Shown: positions 38,901 to 53,900 of the stretch, one piece after another
How the letters are laid out: the number at the start of each line of letters is the position of its first letter
How positions within the stretch are numbered: position 1 is the first letter of the stretch
Origin: Podarcis cretensis
Lineage: Eukaryota
Reading direction: 5' to 3'
Assembly (NCBI GenBank): GCA_951804945.1
Contig: OX638151.1
Location: 73,966,001-74,030,000 of the forward strand
Length of the DNA stretch: 64,000 bases
Program-made: the position numbers and the translations under genes
The notes under the pieces: generated by a model
The model's database searches: none
What the model was told of the DNA's origin: nothing
The model's input: only the letters and a program-made list of their open reading frames with translations

Positions 38901-41900
38901 CCCATATAATATCTTCTAACATGCTACATTCCAGCAAGCACTGCAACCATGTGATTTTGTTTAACTTGAAACTTGACTAGATCTTTTTACAAAAAAGGAC
39001 TAAAAACCACATTAGTTAAACTGAACTGTTCATGAAAAGATGGTGCCAGATGTCAGTGAGTTGCTGTCTCTAATTTACCTTTCCAAAAGATGTTCTCTGT
39101 TCTCCATGACCATTCAGACCCTCATAATTACTCCAGAGTACATCCTCCATTGCAAGCTGCATCTCGACCAGCTCCCCATGGACTACTTTTCGATCCTCAT
39201 CGTTCAGTCCACACAGACATAGCTAGAAAGGTCAGTCAGTCAAATTTTACTTGCGAAATATATGACATATATTAAGGATACATATATAAAATTGGTTAAG
39301 GACAACTGCACATAAAAACAATTCTAAGTTGGGTTGGTGAGTAGGGATGGCAGCCCCCAGTTGAATTTAATATGCACCTTAGAGGTAATAAGAGTACCAT
39401 ACCTGCATATTATAGTTTATGGGGTCTAGGTTGCTGATAATAACAGGAAATGGACCTGTGCTTGCTAGGAATGTTCTCCATGGGAACAACAACAGTGCCT
39501 AAAAACAAAGAGTTGCAACTTTAAAATGTAATATTAAACTACAAGCACATATAAACCAAATATCCTAAAATGCAGTTTCACTAACAGTATGCACTTTTCT
39601 CTGCTAGGCAGAAAGTGGCAGTAAGGCTACCCAACTTCACCAAATCATGCCCCCATTCTTTCCTTTTATCCGTTACAGTTCAGCTTGAAATCAAGCCAGG
39701 TACAAAAGAAGACCCCTGTGGGAAGATGTAACTACCCAACAGCTGCTCAATGTTTACAGGTGGAAGTTCTTGTGCTAATCAAAACACAGTGGTACCTCTG
39801 GTTAAGAACTTAATTCGTTCTGGAGGTGCGTTCTTAACCTGAAACTGTTCTTAACCTGAGGTACCACTTTAGCTAATGGGGCCTCCCACTGCTGCCATGC
39901 CGCCGGCACACAATTTCTGTTCTCATTCTGAGGTAAAGTTCTTAGCCCGAGGTATTACTCCTGGGTTAGTGGAGTCTGTAACCCGAGGTGTCTGTAACCT
40001 GAGGTACCACTGTAACTTCACTGGATGCAACTCTAAATACCAGATCAGAGAAAAGCTGGAGGGGGGAGGGAAATGTTATATGCATAGCAATACATAGGAG
40101 GCCTAAGCCTTTCTCAAATCCACCCCCCCCCCCACACACACAGCAAATAGTATTAGGATAAAACTTGGATTGACATAAACAAGATGTATTTTCCTAATAA
40201 TGCTAGCTGCCATGTGCGGGGAAGGTGAATTTTTACCGAAATTGCAGTTGGGGAGGGAAGACTTAAAGCCCTCTCCCTATAGGCTGCGACGCAAGTGATG
40301 ACATTCTCTGCCCTCCCACCCTCCATGCACCTGGTATTTACCGTAATTTTTTAAAGCCCACAATATGATTGCTAATTATATCATTAATATAGTTAGACCC
40401 AAGATACCAGTTGATCCAGGGGCAGTGCACAGCAGTGATCTGCTTTTGGCAGCCAGTTCTGTCCTGTGCCCACAGCAGCTGCTAGTTTGCAGTTAATGAG
40501 CCACCAGGCTTGACTGTGCAAAAACTGCACCTTTGCATGCTGTCCACACTGAGCTGTCTTGTGGTGGCAGTTAAGACCACAGATTGTGCCACACAGCAAA
40601 AGAGTTGGGCCACCTGCCTACCACAAGCAGGGAGCCACCTAAGCAAGAGAAGAGACCACTGGCTGCCATAAGGAGGTGAACCAAATGCTTTGGGTCCTAA
40701 GCCATCATGAGGTTTAGGACGCAAGAGACTCAAAAGGCTCAAATTTTGACATCAGTTATGCCACTGCTGGTGGACTGGCGAAAAGAGAAACGGCTAAAAA
40801 AACCTGGAGACTGTTGTGATGAAACCTTTTGTACTTTGAAAAAATATCCCAAGGAGACATCTTGGTTTTTTCAACAAAGAGACACATACATATAGCCTTG
40901 TGCTGATTGCACAGCTAACAATGGTACAAATGAGAAGGAAACAGTTAAGGAAGAGGAATCTTTGGACAACTATTTTACTCACTCTGTGGCCATGTGGATC
41001 TAGTGGCTGTGGAAGCCGGAGCTGGGAAGCAAAGGCACTTCCAACAATGGTGTTACTTATGGCAGGCAACCCATGGTAAATGTGGTCCATAATGCTCTGA
41101 TAGGCAGAAACATTTCCAGATGATAAAAATGCTTCTCTGGAGGGTTACCAGGGAAAAAAAATACATTATAAAAGCAAATACAATAAAATTATTTCCTATT
41201 TATTAATCAATGTTGTTTTTTAAAAGGTCTGATTTTAACATGTACTTATTTTCAAACTGCTCCATACATCCATAATTTAGAAAATTAGCATGACGATGTA
41301 CTTCGCTTGAAAGTGACATGAGATTTGCCCTTTAGTGAGAAGCCCTGAAGAGAGGTTTTAGGCCAGTTTAACTGTTATGGTTTTCTTCCCCCAAATCCTG
41401 GAAATCAGGAAATCTGAGATCAGGAATGGATGCTGATAATTCTCTGCTTGAGACCTATTCCTCATAGAACTATGACTCCCATTATTCCTACGCCTCTTGT
41501 ATAAATATGCCCCGGAGCAATAGCAATCAAAGTAGCATTTCTGGTAGAATTCAAGAACTCTCCCAACCCCCAGATGATCCTCAGGGTTCCTTCCAACTCT
41601 ATTATTCAAGATGGAGAAAGCAAAGCAAACCCACTGCACTCTCTCACTGTTGAGAGTTTACTCCGGCTCCTATCTTATGTGCATTTGGAACTCACACACA
41701 TCTCACCACAGGGTAGATGTGCAAGTTCTCCCTTCAGGTATGGACATGCTGGCTTGGACAGATGGCAACTGTAGTCCAAAACTTCTAGAGGGGACCTGGT
41801 TAGTGTAGGCTGCTATATTATTCTAAACCTTCCTATTGGCTAATGTGCAGATTAAATAATCTGAATGACCAACTACCTTAAATCTATGCATTACAGCATA

Positions 41901-44900
41901 GGGTTCTACAAAAACACAGAAATGCAACAGCTTTTTGCAACACATGGAAATGAACAAAGAAAACATTAATTTCATTTACCGTAAATATCTTTATTATATA
42001 TCTTCTTAAGATCAATCAGTGTTTAAAATATTGCTAGATGTACACCTCCCATGATCAGAAATTTTAAAGGTGGCTTTGGTGCACAATACCGAAACCTGCT
42101 ATTTTTAGAATTCGTTTTTCGGAAAGGTTTCCAATAAAAGCAAAACAACAGGTGTAAGAATGCAGGTGGTGCTGCTATTATAAGTTTTGGAATCACAGGC
42201 TGAAACACACAAACACACAATCATGTGCAACTTTCCCCAGCTAATATATATAAAAAAGACAGCTAAAAGCAAACTCAAGAAGCTGCAAATTTAAATAAAG
42301 GATAGGTTGCGTAACTCTTTTTCACTGCCATTTTTGTTCTCAAAAAATTTGCTCTTGCCCCCAGCTGCTTTTTATCTGGCAGGGGAAAAGATAGTGGTAC
42401 TTATATGTTTTCTCAAATAAATGGGAAAACAGCAGGGAGCTACTTTTGAGTGGGGCAAATGGCCAGGGGTGGGGGTGGGGAATAGGCAGCCTCTGTGCAT
42501 CTCCCCTCCTCTATTTAAATCCACAGCTTCATATGACAGCTTTTGGTTAAAAGAAATTTAAAGAGGAAGGGAAAGTGATATACAACTTCTCATAATGTGT
42601 AGTTTCAGCCTTAAAGAAAACACCTGCCAGATCCTTCCCTTTTGACATATCCCCCAACTTGAATCAACATCCTTATTTTTGAACTATGCTAATCTCTTAC
42701 CGCACAGAATGTCTAACTGCTGCCTCAAACTGCAGAAGTGTAACTTCTCTGTGCATGCTCAGCATCTGGGCCACTTTCTTTGGATCCGAGGGACTATGAA
42801 GATTGTCTATTTTTTTCTGCAGGTCTTGGAGCTCAATTCCTAGAATCCCAACAGCAGTCATAAATAAAATATCCTGGCATTTATTTGCCTTATTTATTTC
42901 ATTCTTACATCCAATGCTTCTACCCATTTAATTTCAGTCCAAGCTGAAACCTATGGGAGGCAATGGTGGCTTTAGACAACAGGAGCTCGGTCCCTACAGT
43001 CCCAAGGATGGCAATAAATCCAAGGAGGCAAACTGGCTCAGCCCTTGTAATCACAGCCAAGGATAGGATCAGAATGCACACACAATCTATTTTTAACCAT
43101 TGCAGAGAAAGTTGCCTAGTTTCTTATACTGTACAAACATTATTTTGCTCCTTACTTCTTGAAAGCACCACACACAATAAAACATCTGCAGCGTGTATGT
43201 TACACCCTAGTGCAAACATGTACAAAGATCATAAGTCTGAACATGCATGCATACATCCACTCATGGGCGTGGATGGACATACACAGTCAGGCATAACCTA
43301 AGAATTGGTAAAATACAACCATGTTCCATTCTAGAGAAAACTGTGCCAAAAGCCAGCTTATGAGTCTCAGCTACCAGCAAGCCATACAATATAACCATTT
43401 CAGCAGACAGTTAAAACATTATTTGATTGAATAATTTGGTTTGTGAACAAGATCCAACAGAATACATAATGGCAAATGTATAGTAGATTTTCATTAAATT
43501 AGGGCTGTACAGGTGTTTGTAGTTTAAATATGGACCCAGAAAATGCCTCCCTGCCCATCTTTTGTTTCAATGAACTGGATGTCCTTCTTTAGAACATCTG
43601 ACAATTCAGCTGAAGATGTTTCACTCAGCAGTAAATCTCACTGATATCAGATTACAGTCTCGTAGAGAATCAAAGACAATCAAATAAGAATATTTACCAC
43701 AAAAAACAGAAATGTTTAACTTGAACTGTGTCAAATGTGTGAGGGAAAGAACCCCACCCCCCAGCCCCAGGAAAACTCAGGAAGACCCATACATGACTGG
43801 ATCACCAGCCAATATGGTTTGAGGAAATATTTCCCAAACCAGAAACTCTTAATTTGAAATAGTGTGTGTTTGTGTGTGTGTGTGTGTGTACACACACACA
43901 CACAATGAAAATCACAGATGTTAAGCATAAACGTGCAGTTTCTGATTTATGGCATCTATACCCATAGTATTCCTTTGAACAGCGCATTTCAAACTTCCCC
44001 TTACATTCATTATCGGTTTCAAAGAAGAACATCTGTTACTAACCGATCCATTCAGTCCCTCCCCATTCTGCAGTGAGATGGTCAGGAGGGCACACATAAT
44101 CAAGGCAGCCTGTTGCATTTCCTAGCTGTGCAAAGCTGAAAATGTAGGAAATAATGTCGTGAAAAGCTGCAACAATTTGCAGTGTCTGCCTCAGGGCTTT
44201 GAAGCCAGTCTATGGAAAAGAGAAGGAAATACAGGGAGAAAAATCTTTCAAAAAATAAACACAAGTCATAATCAATTAGCCATTTAGCAATCACAAACTG
44301 AAAGCAGCAGCTGCTATTTGCAATCTAATGGGTGTTAATTGTGGGATCAGTGCAGGCCCACACAGGGGAGGGGGGCAGCCAGGTACACTTGCCCTGGGCC
44401 TCACAGGGCTAAGCTGGCATGGGGCAACCCACCAGGGATCAGGTGCTTTTTTTGTTTGGGTTTATAACTCAAGACTCTTGCCCTGGGCCTTAGACAAGCT
44501 CTGCATGGGCCTGGACCAGTGCTTCTCATGCACTGTAGCATCACACAACATCAACATCAAAACACCAGCTTGCCCCCACCCCCATTTAATCATTTTTTCC
44601 CTACTTCTGGGGGAAATCCAATAAGTTAAAAGAAATGGTTGCCAGCAACCCATTGGCAATATTGAGGCCTCATCTGAAAACACCTCAAGTGAGTCTCTAG
44701 ATTGAACTGCTACCTTTACTAACAGTTCAAAATCCATTCCAGAAAATATTACTAATATCCCATAGGCTTTCTATATTTATTTCATTCAAGGTTAGTTCTG
44801 CCATTAAACAAAAGAGGCAGTCCACTTGAGGTGGTAGATTTGGGGATTACCATTGGAGAGGACCAGATCAGTTTTTGCTTAGGGGTTAATTTTGTAGCTG

Positions 44901-47900
44901 CCTCCCTCCCTTGTATCTCATCATATAGCATTAGAACATCTAATATTCAAGAACTGAGTGGGGTTTTCAGTTTTAAGGTCTTAAGTTCCTCCCTCTTACA
45001 ACTGTTACCCATGCCTCAGGCAGCTGATGGAGTTCAGAAGGATGTCTCCACCATGGCTGCTAGACAGCTGGTGACCACCCATTCCCCCCTGGAATCCTCT
45101 CTGCCACTGGAGAGAACTTGAATTGTTTTACCAAGTGTTTTACTAATTGCCATGGGCAGAAGAGACCAATCTTTGCCTAACCACACACTCCTAATCACAC
45201 TGGGTTGAATCCAAAGGCTACACAGGACACTGCAAGGGTGGGGGGATGGGCCCAAACTGCATGCAACTCTGTTCATACAGGGTGCTTCTGCTAGATTCTG
45301 GGCAAGTCTCCTCTCCCACTGCAACCCTGCAAGCCTCTTATCTTCGTGTGGATTTTAATTGTCGGCTGCTTCGGGAGTAAAGGTTGTGGTGCAAGGGACT
45401 GGAGAAAAGGGAGGGAGGTTCTTCTGCGAATGGAACGCCCCATTCATGGAAATGTCCTCCTCCCAGTTTTCAGAAATCCTCCCATATTCCCTAGTCCAGC
45501 CTATTCAGCAGAATCGATGGTAGCTTCTAAAGCCCCTATAGCACACTTTCCTCTGGATCCAGCGCCTAATAATATTTCAACAGCAGCACAATATGGCAAC
45601 ATGAGAAAAGAAACCAGTTCCAGGTTAATCTAAACCAGGGCAGCCCAACCTTTCATACCAAGTGGGCCACAGGAGTACTTGCACACTGCCTTGTTGTGTG
45701 AACAGGCGGGGAGCAAGGCCAAAATTTACTGCCTTCTCAAAGTTGGCTAAGTGCAGCACAAGGCTCTGGCAGGGTCCTAGAACCCTCCCACCTTCTTCCC
45801 CATGCTCAAAAAGTGCCAACGAGGCTTTGGAAAGGACCCTGTCAGAGCCCTCAACCTCCTTCCCAGATCAAAAGTGCCTCGCTTACCCAGCTTGGGAAGG
45901 CAGTACAAGGACTGGGAGGGGCGCCAAATGTTGCTAGGGGGCCACCAAAAAAGGAATCAAGGGCAGCATGTTGGACCACCATGATCTATACAGTTTGACT
46001 GACAAGAGTTTTCTTCAGGACTATGGCGTACGAACCTTCTCTGGTAGCATTTTAAACACAGATAGGATTTCAGAAGGGTGAGGGATGAACCACAGATTCA
46101 AGAAGGACCGTCCATCTGTGGACAGCAAACCACGAGGCCGTGTCTGGAATGACCTGAGTTGTTACGGGAGGAAAGTGAATTACTTGCACAATCACATCAC
46201 AGTGTTCTTTGGCACTCAACAGGGTATTTTTGTGCAATAGCTATACAGTTGTTTTTCGTTTGCTGCATGTGGTACATTCATATATAAAAACAAGAAATAT
46301 AACCTATATAGTCATAATTTTATAATTACTACATTAAGTGGTGCCTTTTCACACAAATTTCTCCCAAGCGGCCGACAACACAACAGTGGCAAAAATAGGC
46401 TCAGCTGTGTGGAAACTGAGGTGGTGTGGAATTGATAAAGTGATTAGACGAGAGACAGCAGAAGGCCCCACAAGATGCTCCAAGTTTCTAAAGGAAAATA
46501 TGATAAAACAAGCAAACCAAATAGCAGCCTCCTAAGCTACCTCTCCGTCCAACAGGGGACGGGAGGTGGGCTTCTAATCCCACTTTGAAGATAACACTTA
46601 TAGGCTTTATTCGCATGATTCTCCCTCTGTTTATAAGCTTACTATCATATCCTTTGACCTTTCCAAACAGGTGTAGTGATTAGAATGCTGAACTAGAATT
46701 GGGGAGGCCAGGTTAAAATTCCCATTCTGCCATGAAGCTTACCAGTAACCTTGGGCCTGTCACTGTCTCTCCGCCTAACCTACCTCACAGGGTTGTTGTT
46801 AATTTATTTATACTCTGCCTTTTTCTCTGATGGGATTAGATCTATCTAATAGCCAGAAAGAAAGAAACTATTGGCTAGCAGCAGTAATCCCACTGTCCCC
46901 AATTAGCAAAACAACATGATATGGAACTCTATAAACAAGCAGCTCAGAGTATTTACATACCTGGGATCATCTTCAGGCTTTTCTTTTAATTCTTGTTTTT
47001 CTTTCTTCTCTTGCGGTAACCCAATCATGAAGTATTTGTCTCTCACGCTGGGGAAATCATCTAGCATAGATTTTAAACTGTTGTAATAAGCAATAATCTG
47101 ACTTCGAAGAGAGTATTGTGATATACGATGGTTCATCCTAAAATGGTACCAAAGTTTAGCATTAGCAAAACACTATAGTGCTCATATCTGAAGAACCAGT
47201 TTCCCTGCTTTATTGTTTTCTTTCACTGAAATGTAAAGGACATATCCAAGTTATAAATATTAGCACAGAAGAAACCTCGTAATTTCTTAGTGCTCTCTTG
47301 CTCATGAATGGACAAAATGTGTTGTGTAAAATACATTGTATTTTCAGCGTTAGTGAAGAATAAATGGTAGCACTCATTTGAATGCACACAGCTTTAAATA
47401 TTTTCCATTGTTCCATAAAAAGCAGTTGTGTGATTCTGACATTTACATAATTGGAAATAGGTTGCATTTACTGTTTAGGCTGTTGCAATCCGTATCCAAT
47501 CCAGCTACAGGATTCTTGTGTTCCCTCAGGTGAGTCACATAAAATTCATGTAGCATCAGGGGTCACAATTTGTTCCTAGCGATATTACAAGATCCAAAAT
47601 TGATGTCCCAGGTGAAAACACCTTTGCTCCTGAGGAGTCAGGGCCTACTACTCTTTAATCTGGATTGCCTGTCTTGATAACCACTACTCACCTTCACTCT
47701 TCCTCCCTCCCTCCCTCTCTTCCCCCTTCCCAGAACATAATGGACTGGCTAACAACTGCTGTGACCCAGATTATTACAATTGTTCTTATATAGGCAGTTT
47801 ATTTGCAGAAACTGCCTGAAGCATAACTAGATTGCTTTTACTTTCCAACTGGCCCTGTTGAAATTATTTTAGTATTATTTATGTTGTTTGTGTTTTGCTT

Positions 47901-50900
47901 TGTTACATTTTGGCAGGCTTTTTGTTTTTTACTTATAGGCTTGGACATTACTCTCTTCTATTTTCAAGCTGATCTAAGGACAGACTGTTTGGCTTTGTCT
48001 CCCCATTACTGAAATGTCCACATCGTACCAATATAATATATAGCATCGGCCTGCAGCGAGAATAGGAAAATAAACTTTTTACATACATTCATACAAACAA
48101 ACTCCACTAGCATTTGGTGGAGATATGCTGTATAGATTTTGTGTACTTACTTATGGCAGTATTCAACAATAACTTCTCTTTTGACTTTTTCAACTTCCTC
48201 CTGCAACAAATTATACCATTTGTTTTTACATAAGATTTCCAGTTTTACATAATTATGCATATATATTATCTTACAAAGACACACGTCAATGGAAAGTTGT
48301 GTATTCAAAAAGTCAAATGCTGCAACCTCTCTTCATAGGGAAGTTGCTCCATCCTATTGATGTGTGTGATTGTCCTTTTTCAAGCCTATAAATTCATCTC
48401 TCATAACCACTATCTGCCTCAGTTTCTCAGACTCCCCTTTTCAAACGTTTGTTCAAGCACTAGAATGTTCCCTATATTTTCTGTTGCAAATAATTCAGTC
48501 AGCTTTTCCACAATCTCCTAATCCTCCTTTAGCACATCTTTGACTTCCTAGTCACCCAGCCACCTCCCTGTAATGTATTTAAATAACTTATTGTTGGCCT
48601 TGATGTATTTAGCAATGTGGTCTTCAAATTCTTTTTTCACATCACTTACTAGCTGCTTCCCCCTTTTTTGTGCCAAAGCATGCTGGTTTATATTAGGCTG
48701 AGTTTCCACAATACACTCCAGTTGAGCTTCTAATATTGTGTGTGTGTTTTAAACAACTCCCAAACATTTGGGAGTGCACTGATTCTGAAGCCAAAAAGTT
48801 CCCTAAGCTTTAGTCTGAAAACACATACAACAAAATGTAAGTAAATTCCGAGATGATTTCCTGGCACACTTACAGGATTTTGCATTCTAGTCCCTAGGAT
48901 TTGTTTCTTTTGAATGAACGTGTTCAGCATCATGTCCCGTGGACCCTGTTTCTCCAACTGAATTGAGACAAAAGCTTCTCGAGGCCTGGAGAATGAGCAA
49001 TAATGTTATCCTGAAGGTAGAAATACTGACATTTTCCTGTTAATAGGCAAACTACATAGTTGAACAACTAATATTTACCCACAGCGGGTGGCGCTGTGGG
49101 TTAAACCACAGAGCCTAGGACTTGCCGATCAGAAGGTTGGCGGTTCGAATCCCCGCGACAGGGTGAGCTCCCGTTGCTCGGTCCCTGCTCCTGCCAACCT
49201 AGCACTTCGAAAGCACATCAAAGTGCAAATAGATAAATAGGAACCACTCTGACGGGAAGGTAAACGGCGTTTCTGTGTGCTGCTCTGGTTCGCCAGAAGC
49301 GGCTTAGTCATGCTGGCTACATGACCCGAAAGCTGTCTGTGGACAAACGCCAGCTCCCTCGGCCAGTAAAGTGAGATGAGCACTGCAACCCCAGAGTCGG
49401 TCATGACTGGACCTAGTGGTCAGGGGTCCCTTTACCTTAATATTTACCTCATATCTACACTTTATAAACATTTAGTATTTATGCCATTATTAAACATTAA
49501 ACTTTAAACATTAAACTTTAACTAAGGAATCCATGCTTATTGTAAATATAGTGACTTTCTAACAATACAACACTTATTTCCCGTAATGTGATCCAACACC
49601 ACCTCTGTAGCTGAAGGTGTATACATATACCAACAGTATGAGCAGGACCTATCATGTGAGGTGTCCCCAGTACAGTATTAGAGGTCCTTTGAGGAATGGC
49701 AGGACATAAAATAAATTAATTTCTCATCCATTCCTTGCTCAGCCAGAAAGGGGAGACCAAAAAAAGCTGGTAAAAATATCCATGAGATTGTAAATGAATA
49801 CTTGTATGGATTGAGCCAAACTGCAACACTGTGGGATCATGTCAATGGATATACGTGCATGCCATAAGCTATGGGAATGGCGGTCTTTGAAAGTGCTGGA
49901 AGAGGCAGAAACATGAAGATATCAGTGGTTCCTGCATCCTAGTAAGAGTGCTTAGAACTGTAGCCTCAGGGTGAGAATGAAAGAAAAAGCTGTGTACATT
50001 GAAACATGCGTGCGTACATACATGGAAAACACCCTGCAGTCCATTATACTATCAACCTACCTTTTTAAAATGCTGTGTCCTGCTGCAAAATGTCGAATGG
50101 AATGTATTACCAATGGTGATGTGGTCAGAAACTGGTCTTCTGTTTCAGTTCCAACCATAGAACTTCTACTTGCTGAACTGCTCTGACTCCTCAGACTTAG
50201 ACCTCCTTCCTGAAACATTAAAGATACACATTTCCTTTTACACAGATCTACACCACTGCCCATTACCTAATGGTTCTTGTTGTAGGATAAACCGCCTCAT
50301 ATAACCAAATTGCTGGTCTAATTAATGCATTAAGGGGTTAAGGCCATAGAGTAAGCTATCCTGCCATGATTAGCTCACCTTGGGAGGAACTAGGTAACCA
50401 AGTCTTTGTTCCTCCCTCTGTCTACCTGAGAAACTCAACGTGTAAAGAGGTTTGAACTAGTTGCTCCAGCTCAGACCGCATGGCTCTCACAAGCCACTCT
50501 TAAATTCTTATACCAATAATTAAGGACCTTTCACCATTTGGAACTAAACTAAGTTTTACTGCCTGTGCAACATTTCTAACTGATGCATGGAAAAGCACAT
50601 GAACCTGACCTTTAGAGAGCTGGTAAGTAAACAATTGTTAACTTACTAAATGTGTGGGATTTTCCTATGCTGGGTGAATAAGGTACTATTTTGGAACTCA
50701 CTTGGAAAGACATGTTTTAAAGGTCTAATGGCCGATACTTCCATGCTTTACTTTGCTGCATATTGTGTGATTTAAATCTCTGCTTGGATTCTCACCAAAG
50801 AGTACTTGCCCCAAACTTGGATCTTGACAGCATGACAGGACGATTCTGAGGAATGTAGTAGCCTATAGGGGAAGGGTTACATATACCTTCCCTGCTCACC

Positions 50901-53900
50901 TTCCAACTGTAGCCTCTGGTGGGTGATTTTCATTTCAAAAAGTAAGAAAAAGTTCCACAACTGCATTCCATGTATAGTTGGAGAGAGGGAGAAAATGCAA
51001 ACCTTCATATCCAGCGTCCGCAAGGGCTGCATCATGGGGCAAAATGCAGCCTGTTGAACAGCAACAAGCAGTGTGTTTTTATGAGTGACTTGGCAGGCAA
51101 GAGCAATCTGAAGATTTTCTAGTCCATTAGACTTCAGTAACAGCTGAAGAATTAAGATAAAAACTATTAGGACTCATATAATAATCGTAACATGAAGTTG
51201 CACAGTTTTCTCTTGATATAGATGTACTTATCCTTAGACTCACTGAAATCTTTTCACTTGCATTCAGATACAGGATTTTATTTTGCATAGATCTAGAACC
51301 ATAATTAAGTGCAATATAAGGTTGCATATACAGTATACTTTTATACTGGGAGCTGAAGGTAGCGAAAGATGATGAGAGCTGTATAGCTCTGTGAAGGGTA
51401 AACCACAGTTGCCAGGATTCTTTATCGGGAATGAAAATGGACTTTAAATGTATAGTGCGTTCACAGCCCCAAATAGTAAAATTGGATGCCACATGGAGTT
51501 GAATATGAAATAAAGTAGCAATGCTCATCAGAATATTTGGAGGAAATGTTGAAGAAGAGGTAGCTTCACCTTTTAAATGTCTGTTTCAATACATATTTTA
51601 TACTTATTTCCTCCCCCATACTATTGCAGATCAGGTGCATTCCCAGGTGAATCATGAGAAGGAAAGTCCAGGAAAACAGAAAGGAACGTTGAAATATCTT
51701 TCATTGTGTTCCTTTAATTTTTTAAAAAATTGTTGAATGGCTATAATTAGGTACTTCAACTTAGAAATGGTTCATCTACAATGTAATTTACGCACAGTGT
51801 AGATCCCCCTTACCTGATTTACAGTGACTGAGATAGTCAGGGTACAGTTATATTAAAAATGACAACTCAGAACACTGCTGGTTCTCAAATAACTTCTGGT
51901 GCAAGACAAAAGAAAATTTATAGGAAGGGAAGGAATAAAATGTATTCATTGTGGTTGTACAGTATTGAGAATTACTGGGGGGAAATAATTCAGTCACCTG
52001 AAGAATGCTGTCTCTTGTACGAAAGCTAAATTTTCCAATTTGATTGTCAATATCATGGATGTTTAACATTAAGCTGGATGGAATATATCTGCAAGAGGTA
52101 AATATTTCTAAATTACACAAACTAATATGCAAGCATTCATGAACGTAGAAATGTAAATAAATGAAAAGGGAAAGTGCTGTGCTTGCTTCTTATTCACATT
52201 TTTTATTACAAATATTTTTAATCTTATCTACAGAACATGATTTGGATCCTAACTACCCTTCTGTGAACCGAAGGGCTCCTGGTTCTGCTTGTCAAGCTTC
52301 TTCAGAGAGTCTTCCAGCACCTACAGAGTAGATTTTCAAAGAGCAAAGGGGAAGGGGTCAGTGAAAGTTGGAGTGTCCTGTAAACAGAACTCCACTCATG
52401 GGATGTTCCTGCCAGCAGAAGCTTAGTTAGGATCTGAGCCCATGTCTCTAATGATACCACTACAAAGTGGGCTTCTTTGGAAGTAAGGCCGGGATATAAA
52501 TTAAACAAACAGACAAATAAAATCAGACACATTTCCAAATGCTGGCCAACATAAAAGCAGTATATACTGGTATTTAAAATAAATAGTTGGCTTGATTGTC
52601 TCACAAGGGAAACACTGGAGATGTGTGACATATTTCTTTGTATAGATTTAAAGAAATCTGTTTCTGAAAATCACAGCAAATTTCTGAAATGCACTTGTGT
52701 TAAATCATACATTCTGCTAGTTTGTGATTGGTTTTAATTTCATATGGGAGACTGGTTACAAATAACTGCAAAAGCCATTTGTTTAATTACAGTACTCTTC
52801 TACCACCCCCCCACCCCCCGCATAGAAGCCAAGGGACATAGAGTCATTGCAATTTTGCAAATCTAGGAGGGCTGGGCCTATTGAGAATACAGTACAAATA
52901 TGCAAAGTAGATTGAGAGAGAGTGTTATGATACAACTGAGGGCTGGATGATTAACTGGGCAAAGTTAATCAGACCTTAACTATAAATGAGAATACTTGGC
53001 CCCCAATATAACTGTATGTTTATGGAGTATCCACATCCCAGCCTCTAAGAAATACTACCAGAGAAGAATGGCAGCTATGGTCTCTTTCATGGAATAAACC
53101 TTCAGCAGTTTGTGTTAATAAACACCGGTGCCTCAGAAACCCTGAAATAGATGAGCTGCATTGAATTTGGCGGTGGCGGCGGTGAGGGGGGATTTGACTT
53201 CACTCCTTATATGCACTTTTCTTTTGTGAAATTATACTAGCTTTTTATTTTTAAAATACTAATCTTGAAAAGGGTGAATTAAAACAACAGAAGCTCCAGT
53301 CATACTTTATGACAATGCTTAGAAAGAAGATCAATTTGGAAATTTTTAAGAAAGAATCGCTGTTCTATTTCCACATCATTTGGACCTAGATAAGTTGCTT
53401 TTGGGGCTGATCGAAAGACGAGGAAAATGTGCCACAATACCCATAAAGCTCTGGTTTACCTATCCACACTACTGTCATGATGCTCTAGAAGAGAAGTAAC
53501 AAATATTGGTGAGGGCTGGTCTGCTTTCTCTTTGTGAGTTGCAAATTCAAAGTACACGGGCCTTAAGTATAAATGGAACTCATCAAAGCCCATTTCTCCT
53601 GCAAATTCTTTGTAGAGTCTAAAAGGAAAAGAACACATACATCTAACTTTGCAATGTTTCTTTAGCCACTGTCAGGGTCACCCTTGCTGGCAACTCTTGC
53701 TTTGCTAGAAACAGAAATTTTGTTTGCCAGCAACTGTGCGCTATTGATTATGGAGTTTAAGAATCATTCTGTGTCTCAATAGGTGTGGGAGACAGTGGGC
53801 AATCTGACCGTGGGTATAAAACAGGGATGGGGAATCTCGGGGCTGGGGGACATCTCTGTCTGGCCTTCAGGACCCACACTTGCTATGCTTTACACACTCC

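Noticed and set aside
49085-49155. tRNA gene
   Set aside because: A/B boxes belong to the Sauria SINE head; no cloverleaf or T-run terminator
50281-50830. Possible solo LTR (TGT...ACA)
   Set aside because: No convincing TSD or second copy in the window
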